A stretch of DNA of 11,462 nucleotides, taken from the NCBI GenBank assembly GCA_048882385.1, contig JBHLRQ010000095.1, positions 1 through 11,462 of the forward strand, written 5' to 3'. Position 1 is the first letter of the stretch. Every line of letters begins with the position of its first letter. A model generated the notes under the pieces. That model saw only the letters and a program-made list of their open reading frames with translations. It had not been told where the DNA came from and did no database searches. Below are positions 1 to 6,787 of the stretch, one piece after another. This stretch comes from Candidatus Thorarchaeota archaeon (GTDB lineage Archaea > Asgardarchaeota > Thorarchaeia > Thorarchaeales > Thorarchaeaceae). The translations under genes and the position numbers were made by a program.

Positions 1-569
1 AGATTTGCGGCAACTTGTGCTGAGAGGTCTCCTAATCTTTCATCTGGTGTTCTAGTACTGGAAAGGATGTCTGTGATGGTATCTTTCTGCAAGACTTTAT
101 TTTCAACAATTAATCTTGGCTTGATTATTATACCCTCCTCATGGATTGTGGTTGACAATCCTGGCATTGATCCAGGACTCACGCCTCCAATATCTGCATG
201 ATGAGCTCGATTGGCTGTGAAAGCTACCCTCTCATCATCGAAATAAACAGGAGCCACCAGTGTCAAATCAGGAAGGTGTGAGCCGCCTGAGTATGGGTCA
301 TTTACGAGTGCCATTGAATCTTTAACAAGTTTGTCACCAAGAACATTGATACAGGATTTTACTGACAACGGCATGGCACCAAGATGTACTGGTATGTCTT
401 TTGACTGAGCAACTAGTCTTCCCTCCCCATCAAACAATGCACAGCTACAGTCTTGACGTTCTTTGATATTCGGACTGAATGCAGTCCGTCGTAGGGCTTG
501 ACTCATCTCTCTAGCACTGGATATGAGGGCGTTCTTTATGACTTCAAACTTGATTGGATCTTCAATCAT
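1..569 (-). CDS. hyuB: Hydantoinase B/oxoprolinase family protein (N-methylhydantoinase B / 5-oxoprolinase-like subunit), N-terminal part; runs off the left edge
   Basis: Manual translation from ATG at 569: MIEDPIKFEVIKNALISSAREMSQALRRTAFSPNIKERQDCSCALFD...IPVHLGAM...NDPYSGGSHLPD...RAHHADIGGVSPGSMPG...RTPDERLGDLSAQVAAN. These are family motifs. The ATG overlaps the TGA of the A subunit (ATGA, 569-566). Absent from the ORF track because there is no stop in the window. Confidence 0.93.
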   Translation of the reverse strand, partial: MIEDPIKFEVIKNALISSAREMSQALRRTAFSPNIKERQDCSCALFDGEGRLVAQSKDIPVHLGAMPLSVKSCINVLGDKLVKDSMALVNDPYSGGSHLPDLTLVAPVYFDDERVAFTANRAHHADIGGVSPGSMPGLSTTIHEEGIIIKPRLIVENKVLQKDTITDILSSTRTPDERLGDLSAQVAAN

Positions 570-2605
570 TTCTTCTCCCTCCGCATCCAAAGCACGCCAT
601 CATTTTTCTGAACTGCTTGCCATTTTGGGCCAACATAGGTAGTCGAGTCCAGTTGTTCAATAATTGCAGGACCTTTGACTGTTTGTTCTGTTGCAAGCTC
701 CAAACGGCGATACACTTCTGCAGAAACCTTAGTTCCTTCTTCCAACAGGACTTGTCTATCACTGATTGGTTGTGCGTGTTCATCAAGTGAATGATCGAGC
801 GGTCTGAATTTTCCAGAGCTTGATTCTGCCACCACCCTTGCAGTAACCCATTCTACTCGTCTGCCTTTCATCATGTATCCGAACGCTTCTTGATGAGTTC
901 TCTCGAAATCCTGAATTGATTTCTCAGCTATCTTCACCTGTTCATTAGGTACTTCTATGGTCAATTCATATGATTGTCCAAAATATCTCATGTCGACCTT
1001 CCACTTTAGTCGAACTTCACTCTTGTTTGCCCCCTGACTGACAAGTCTATCTGTCGCCTCATCAGCCAGTTCTGAAAATGTGGCTAGCAATATCTCTTTG
1101 TTATCATTGTTTGCAGAAATCAGAATTGTCTTCATTACATCAACACGAAGGTCTGAACATACTAATCCAAGGGCGGATGTAATTCCTGGATGTGGAGGAA
1201 CTAATATCTCGTTTATATCAAGAGCCTCCGCGATGTCAGTAGCTTGTGTAGGTCCAGCTCCTCCAAATGGGACAAGAATGAACCCCCTCGGATCAAATCC
1301 TCTCTCAACCGTGACCTCTCGAATTGCTTGAACCATATTTGCAGTTGAAATCTTGATAATACCAAGAGCAGTTTCTTCTACAGTGAGATTAAGTTGCGAA
1401 GATAGGTCTTTTATTGCATCCTTCGCCCTCTTCAAACTAAGTTGTACTTTCCCACCTAAGAAATAGTCTGGATTCAAACGTCCTAGAACAAGATTTGCAT
1501 CTGTAACAGTTGCATTACTCCCTCCCTTTGGGTAAGCTGCAGGCCCTGGCTGAGCACCTGCACTTTTAGGACCAACATGGAGGATTCTTGCCTTGTCTAT
1601 CCAAGCGATGCTACCCCCGCCTGCTCCTATTGTCTTGACATCTACTGATGGAATTCGGAGAGGTAACCCGCCAACTTCATTATCTGATCGTACAACAACC
1701 TCTCCAGTTATTGCGCTGATGTCGCAGCTAGTACCACCCATATCCAATGTGATTGCTTTTTTGACATTCCAGTGTTTGGCTATCTCCCAACCTCCTATGG
1801 CACCACCAGCAAGACCTGATATCGCCAAGCCTATGGCTCTTCCTTGAGCTCTTGATGAAAGCATCGTTCCCCCGTTTGATTGCATCACTGTGAGCTTGCT
1901 GTTTGGACAAATGATAGATAATGATGAATCAAGTCGTTTAAGATATCCATTTACTAAAGGTCCAAGGTAGGCTTCAAGGACAGTCGTTGAAGCACGTTCG
2001 AACTCTCTGAACTCTGGTAGAACATCTGATGATGCTACACTGTAAATATCTGGATAACGCTTCAAAGCTTGAAGGATCCGTTTTTCGTGCTCGTGATTAC
2101 GATAGGAGAAGAGAAGTGATATAGCCACTGATTTTGGATCTCGTTGGATTGCTTCTGAAGTGACACGTTCGATTTCGTTATCACTGAGTTCAATGACTGC
2201 ATTCCCGTTTGAGTTAAGCCGTTCCTGAACTCCAAGTCTGTTTTCACTCATCACCAGAGGTTCTGCTCTTTTTGCATGAAGATTGTATATATCATCTCGA
2301 TTCTGTCTACCAATTTCGAGCACATCCTCAAGTCCATCAGTTGTAAGTAGTACAACCTTGGCACCCTTTCTCTCTAACATAGCATTGGTTGCCACAGTCG
2401 TACCATGAACCACCAGATCGATTTCCTTAGGGTCTATGTGATGTGCGACAAGAATGTCGTTCACTCCAACTGAAACAGCGACATCCTGTGCCCAAGGAGT
2501 CGATTGGACCTTGTGTACGTACTGTTCACTGGATTCTGTGTCGACTAGGATTACATCGGTGAATGTACCACCTACATCGACTCCAATTAGTTTCATCTCA
2601 AACAT
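566..2605 (-). CDS. hyuA: Hydantoinase A/oxoprolinase family ATP-binding subunit (N-methylhydantoinase A-like)
   Basis: 679 aa with GVDVGGTFTD, HGTTVATNA, EFREFER, MQSNGG, DMGGTSCD, TIGAGGGSIA, SAGAQPGP, TVTDANLVLG, FGGAGP and DMRYFGQSYEL. Alternative start ATG at 2596. The substrate cannot be assigned from sequence. Confidence 0.93.
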   Translation of the reverse strand: MFEMKLIGVDVGGTFTDVILVDTESSEQYVHKVQSTPWAQDVAVSVGVNDILVAHHIDPKEIDLVVHGTTVATNAMLERKGAKVVLLTTDGLEDVLEIGRQNRDDIYNLHAKRAEPLVMSENRLGVQERLNSNGNAVIELSDNEIERVTSEAIQRDPKSVAISLLFSYRNHEHEKRILQALKRYPDIYSVASSDVLPEFREFERASTTVLEAYLGPLVNGYLKRLDSSLSIICPNSKLTVMQSNGGTMLSSRAQGRAIGLAISGLAGGAIGGWEIAKHWNVKKAITLDMGGTSCDISAITGEVVVRSDNEVGGLPLRIPSVDVKTIGAGGGSIAWIDKARILHVGPKSAGAQPGPAAYPKGGSNATVTDANLVLGRLNPDYFLGGKVQLSLKRAKDAIKDLSSQLNLTVEETALGIIKISTANMVQAIREVTVERGFDPRGFILVPFGGAGPTQATDIAEALDINEILVPPHPGITSALGLVCSDLRVDVMKTILISANNDNKEILLATFSELADEATDRLVSQGANKSEVRLKWKVDMRYFGQSYELTIEVPNEQVKIAEKSIQDFERTHQEAFGYMMKGRRVEWVTARVVAESSSGKFRPLDHSLDEHAQPISDRQVLLEEGTKVSAEVYRRLELATEQTVKGPAIIEQLDSTTYVGPKWQAVQKNDGVLWMRREKK

Positions 2606-2655
2606 TGGTTAGCATTACGAACTGGAATATGAACACTTGGGACGAACAGATGGGG

Positions 2656-2677
2656 TATAATCCTGAATCCTTATATC
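2656..2677. promoter_or_regulatory. Candidate back-to-back archaeal TATA boxes for the divergent hyuA and alkaline phosphatase 1 genes
   Basis: TATAA(2656-2660)-N10-TTATA(2671-2675) in the 104-bp divergent gap; plausible spacing to both starts. Confidence 0.4.
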
Positions 2678-2709
2678 TCCCGGTAATTCGAGATTATGAG
2701 ATTCATCTT

Positions 2710-4059
2710 ATGATTGTCCTAAAATCGCCATTTAGAAATCTTTCAGTGTTTTTGATACTTACATTCTTCCTTTTACCAATGTCATCAATTGCAACTCCGG
2801 TGTCAATTGATTCAGTGACAATTTCTGCTGAAGAACCACTGAATGTCATTCTAATGATTGGTGATGGGATGGGCTTTGAACATGTAGAGCTAGCTCGATT
2901 GGTTGAGGAGGGTCAAGCTGGTTCACTTGTCATGCAACAGTTGAACTGGAATGCATCTGTAACGACTCATCCTGCAAATGTCGCTGTGACTGATTCAGCT
3001 GCCGCAGGTACTGCTATTGCTACAGGAACTAAAACAATCAATGGGTATGTGGCACTAAATCCAACACTTCAACCACTAGAAACAATTCTCGAGTTTGCCC
3101 AAACCCTCAATAAATCCACAGGCGTTGTATCCACATGTCGTATTGTCGATGCGACTCCTGCTAGTTTCATGACTCATGTTGATGATAGAAATGATCAGGA
3201 TGAGATAGCAAGGCAAATTATAGAGGTAGCCGAAGTTGATGTGCTTCTAGGCGGAGGTCTTGATTATTTTTCTTCAGGCCAACTCTCTACTATGGAGTCA
3301 AAGGGATTCACAATTGTCTATAATCGAACTTCAATGCTTAATGTGACATCTGGTCGCATCTTTGGTCTTTTTGCAGATATCCATATGGATTACGAGTTTG
3401 ATAGAAACTATAATACAACGCCTTCGATTGCTGAAATGACAAACAAATCAATCGAACTCTTATCTCAAGATACTGATGGTTTCTTTCTGATGGTAGAAGC
3501 AGGCCGAATTGATTTAGCTGCGCATGGTAACGATAAAGTAAGAACAGCTCTAGACGCAATTGCTTTTGATAAAGCAGTACAAATAGCACTCGACTATGTG
3601 GAGGTTCATACTAATACAATTCTGATTGTGACTGCTGATCATGAAACAAAGGGACTTGTTGTCATGAGTAGTAATCTGAATTCAGAACTTCCAAGTGCTC
3701 TATCAATTGAGAGTGAGAAGAGATTACTTCGTGCTGAAAGAGCTAATAATGTAACAGTTGATTGGACAGCAGATTATCATACAGATACACCTGTCCCGAT
3801 CTATTGCTATGGTTCTGCATTTTCCGAACTACCTGTTGATATAGCGATTGACAATACGAACATCTATTCACTGATGAAGGACTTCTATTTGGGAAATACT
3901 CTTTCGGTTATTCCTGTTTCAACTCCTACAGCATCTCAAACAACAACTACCTCGCCAACTTCACCAACCTCTTTTCCTGATACTACCCTTATCATTATAG
4001 TATCTGTTGGTGCCCTTGCTGTGGTTTTTGTGGTTGTTATTGTGATCCGGAGGCGATAA
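2710..4059 (+). CDS. phoA: Alkaline phosphatase (PhoA family), secreted with C-terminal membrane anchor, paralogue 1
   Basis: Motifs ILMIGDGMG, VTDSAAAGTA (catalytic Ser), DATPA, DDR, MVEAGRIDLAAH, VTADHET and YHT. Start moved to ATG 2710 (449 aa), which gives the signal peptide MIVLKSPFRNLSVFLILTFFLLPMSSIA. C-terminus is a T/S/P linker, a hydrophobic helix and RRR. Confidence 0.92.
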   Translation: MIVLKSPFRNLSVFLILTFFLLPMSSIATPVSIDSVTISAEEPLNVILMIGDGMGFEHVELARLVEEGQAGSLVMQQLNWNASVTTHPANVAVTDSAAAGTAIATGTKTINGYVALNPTLQPLETILEFAQTLNKSTGVVSTCRIVDATPASFMTHVDDRNDQDEIARQIIEVAEVDVLLGGGLDYFSSGQLSTMESKGFTIVYNRTSMLNVTSGRIFGLFADIHMDYEFDRNYNTTPSIAEMTNKSIELLSQDTDGFFLMVEAGRIDLAAHGNDKVRTALDAIAFDKAVQIALDYVEVHTNTILIVTADHETKGLVVMSSNLNSELPSALSIESEKRLLRAERANNVTVDWTADYHTDTPVPIYCYGSAFSELPVDIAIDNTNIYSLMKDFYLGNTLSVIPVSTPTASQTTTTSPTSPTSFPDTTLIIIVSVGALAVVFVVVIVIRRR

Positions 4060-4123
4060 TTCCCAATCATCAAAATATATCAACTAAAGATTCTTCTTTA
4101 TTTACTCAACATAATGTATTGTT

Positions 4124-5563
4124 ATGCATGCAAAGTCGAAATTACTAATGGTATTGATTGTCATTGCTTTTCTCTCGATTCCATCTGTACCTATTGTATA
4201 CATTCAACCATTAGAATCCAGTTATCTGGCATCTGATGAACCTCTGAGTATTATTCTCATGATTGGTGATGGAATGGGATATGAACATGTAGAACTAGCA
4301 CGGCTTGTGGAGTTTGGAGAGAGCGGTTCTCTCATTATGCAGGACTCGGATTGGAATGCAACTGTCACAACATACTCTGCAAACGCAGAAGTCACTGATT
4401 CTTCAGCTGCCGCTACAGCAATCGCTACAGGGAATAAAACAAACAATGGATTTGTTGCAATGAGTCCAACCTTAGTTCCACTTGAAACGATTTTGGAATA
4501 TGCCCAAACTCTTAACAAATCTACTGGAATTGTAGCTACAACTATTCTGAATCATGCAACTCCAGCGAGTTTCATGACCCATTGTGATAGCAGGAATAAC
4601 TACCCTGAAATTGCGCGTCAAATTGTCGAAGAGGCATCTGTTGATGTCTTGCTGGGTGGTGGCTCTGCTCAATTTTCAGGTTCACAAATCTCTATGATGA
4701 GTTCAAACGGATATTCTGTTGTTTACAATCGGACTGAATTGAATGCAATAACAACAGGGAAGGTGTTTGGACTGTTTTCCAGCTCAGATATGGCCTATGA
4801 ATATGATAGAGATTATGCAGTCCAACCCTCGATTGCGGAGATGACCAACAAGTCGCTCCAGATTCTCTCGCAAGACCCAGATGGTTTCTTCTTGATGGTT
4901 GAGGGAAGTAGAATTGACCATGCTGCTCATGCTGAGGATCATCAAAGAGATGCTCTTGATACAATAGCTTATGATAAAGCTGTAGGCGTTGCCATTGACT
5001 TTGTTAAGAAACGCAATAACACAATCCTCTTTGTTACAGCAGATCATGAAACAGAAGGACTTGTTGTATTGAGTCACAATCTCAACTCGGAATTACCTTC
5101 AGATTTCATCTCAGAGGAAGATAAGAGATCTCTCAGAATTGAACGGGCAAATAACGTTACAATTAATTGGACTGCTACGTATCACACCAATTGGTCAGTA
5201 CCTTTGTTTGGTTATGGAACAGTATTCTCAGATTTGACGAATAATTCTACAATTGACAATACAGATATTTTCACCCTGATGAAGAATTTCTATATGGGTG
5301 TCCCACTCAATTCAACAGAAGAACCTCCACCAACTACTGAACCAACCGAACCTACAGAACCTACAGACACTACAACAACAACTGGGATGCCTGTTATTAC
5401 AGACACTACGACAACCACTGCAACTTCTACCTCGACAGATGAGCCAACAAGTACACCTGGAGATTTGCTATATTCATCGTTGATTCTTGCAGCAGGTGTA
5501 GGAGCTGCAGTGATTATCGTTGTTGCATTATTTATGATACGCCGTAATACTCAATTATCCTGA
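4124..5563 (+). CDS. phoA: Alkaline phosphatase (PhoA family), secreted with C-terminal membrane anchor, paralogue 2
   Basis: 479 aa with ILMIGDGMG, VTDSSAAATA, HATPA, DSR, MVEGSRIDHAAH, VTADHET and YHT. N-terminal hydrophobic signal, long T/E/P linker, TM helix and IRR. Colinear with paralogue 1. Confidence 0.93.
   Translation: MHAKSKLLMVLIVIAFLSIPSVPIVYIQPLESSYLASDEPLSIILMIGDGMGYEHVELARLVEFGESGSLIMQDSDWNATVTTYSANAEVTDSSAAATAIATGNKTNNGFVAMSPTLVPLETILEYAQTLNKSTGIVATTILNHATPASFMTHCDSRNNYPEIARQIVEEASVDVLLGGGSAQFSGSQISMMSSNGYSVVYNRTELNAITTGKVFGLFSSSDMAYEYDRDYAVQPSIAEMTNKSLQILSQDPDGFFLMVEGSRIDHAAHAEDHQRDALDTIAYDKAVGVAIDFVKKRNNTILFVTADHETEGLVVLSHNLNSELPSDFISEEDKRSLRIERANNVTINWTATYHTNWSVPLFGYGTVFSDLTNNSTIDNTDIFTLMKNFYMGVPLNSTEEPPPTTEPTEPTEPTDTTTTTGMPVITDTTTTTATSTSTDEPTSTPGDLLYSSLILAAGVGAAVIIVVALFMIRRNTQLS
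5336..5420 (+). repeat. Intragenic repeats encoding the Thr/Glu/Pro-rich linker
   Basis: (TEP)x3 from degenerate 9-bp units, and a 23-bp direct repeat tacagacactac(a/g)acaac(a/c)actg at 5362-5384 and 5398-5420 (21/23 identical). Confidence 0.75.
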
Positions 5564-6516
5564 AGTAACTTCCATGCATACCTCACAGTTCTTGAAACAG
5601 TCTTGAATCCAAATCGTTCATACAGATTGACAGCAGGAACATTGACAGTATCAACACCAAGAGAGAAGTTCTGTACCTCTTGACTTTGAAGTATATTCAT
5701 TGTTTTTTTCAACAAGACCTTTCCCAATCCTGTTCCACGAAAATCTAGATGAATACCAATTGCTTCCAGATGTTCCTCCTCTTTCGATCTCGACAATACT
5801 AGACTGAATCCTATGATTATGTCATCTGAGAGTATAGCAAAAGATGCAGCTCCATTGATATTACGAGAACGATTGAATTTCTTCTCAAATTCTTGCTTTA
5901 TTTCCTTCCTAGACATGTCGTGAATCCATCTCGCTTCTCCTGTTGTGAATGCATTATAGTAGCATTCGAAGATAGCGTCGTTATCAAAATCCAGTAGAGG
6001 TCGAAGTTCAAATTCGCTTGGAGTTCTGAAATCCTCCACTTCCCAGTCATCTAGACTTCGCACCATGAAATTGGTATCTTCCTGATTGTGCCATCCCTGA
6101 GACTCATACCACCTGCATCGAGCTTCGAAAGCTTTCATGTTTTCTTCTGACACACCTCCAAATGCAACCTCCATTCTTGTTATGTCAGATGATTTTGCAT
6201 ATTCATTGACTCTCGAAATAAGGTGTTGAGCAATTTCCCTCTCGTGGTTATCTGATACTACGAAAGGTTGCCATCGCCCGACTTCGCCTATGTTATCAGT
6301 GGATCGTTCAATTCCCATCCATCCTACAATCTTTTCTCCATCAAGCGCGAGAAACCCAACTTCAATCGGAAATCTTTCGTTCATGCTTCTCAGATATTCT
6401 TCAACTTGGTTTACATTGTAATCTCCAAGACCCTCAATTCTGCGTATATCTGCAGTAATCTCAGCTAAGGCTTTGATATCCAAGTCATCCCATTTCTTTT
6501 GTATAATTTTAACCAT
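5551..6516 (-). CDS. Tandem (two-domain) GNAT family N-acetyltransferase
   Basis: C-domain has acetyl-CoA motif A (IGIHLDFRGTGLGKVLL) and motif B (LGVDTVNVPAVNLYERFGF). N-domain has GNAT traces (IVGWMG, WYESQGW) but a degenerate motif A. ATG 6516 preferred over GTG 6525 because GGAG (6530-6527) is too close to the GTG. Confidence 0.88.
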   Translation of the reverse strand: MVKIIQKKWDDLDIKALAEITADIRRIEGLGDYNVNQVEEYLRSMNERFPIEVGFLALDGEKIVGWMGIERSTDNIGEVGRWQPFVVSDNHEREIAQHLISRVNEYAKSSDITRMEVAFGGVSEENMKAFEARCRWYESQGWHNQEDTNFMVRSLDDWEVEDFRTPSEFELRPLLDFDNDAIFECYYNAFTTGEARWIHDMSRKEIKQEFEKKFNRSRNINGAASFAILSDDIIIGFSLVLSRSKEEEHLEAIGIHLDFRGTGLGKVLLKKTMNILQSQEVQNFSLGVDTVNVPAVNLYERFGFKTVSRTVRYAWKLLQDN

Positions 6517-6624
6517 AATTACCACTCTCCTTTTTGTTGGTTGACTGAGATGAAAATCCTTGATGAGCCATCTTCATGTTCTTTGATTATGAGTCGTAAA
6601 GAAACATCCAGAAGAAGTCTTGCT

Positions 6625-6693
6625 TTAGAAAGCACGCTCTGGTGATAGACTCAGACAATTGGAACGGAATTCATAATCAAAAAAGAATTTCAT
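6625..6693 (-). CDS. Candidate 22-aa small ORF (MKFFFDYEFRSNCLSLSPERAF)
   Basis: ATG 6693 lies 12 nt after a perfect SD-like AAGGAGGT (6713-6706); TAA at 6627-6625. No homology recognised. Confidence 0.25.
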   Translation of the reverse strand: MKFFFDYEFRSNCLSLSPERAF

Positions 6694-6787
6694 TGGTATC
6701 AGTCTACCTCCTTATGAGCTATAGAAAGGTCACACTTGACTAACTTCATAAGTATTGTTAACTGCGCGTATCTGAAAGGTGGATGTC

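Noticed and set aside
554-2247. Small ORFs at 554-790, 562-786, 1080-1331, 1593-1847, 1728-1910 and 2062-2247
   Set aside because: They lie antisense or out of frame within the well-supported hyuA gene and have no recognisable motifs.
2563-2709. 49-aa N-terminal extension of alkaline phosphatase 1 in the ORF track
   Set aside because: It overlaps the hyuA start, spans the likely promoter and would bury the signal peptide; ATG 2710 matches paralogue 2.
3338-6468. Shadow ORFs within the phosphatase and GNAT genes (3338-3589, 4222-4518, 4472-4672, 4692-4964, 4784-5077, 5298-5483, 6268-6468)
   Set aside because: Antisense or alternate-frame by-products; the Q/L-rich 5298-5483 frame simply mirrors the Thr/Pro linker repeats.
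6519-6674. Possible selenoprotein: ATG 6674 frame on the - strand with in-frame TGA at 6653-6651
   Set aside because: No redox motif (CxxU/UxxC), no resemblance to a known selenoprotein and no SECIS-like element recognised.
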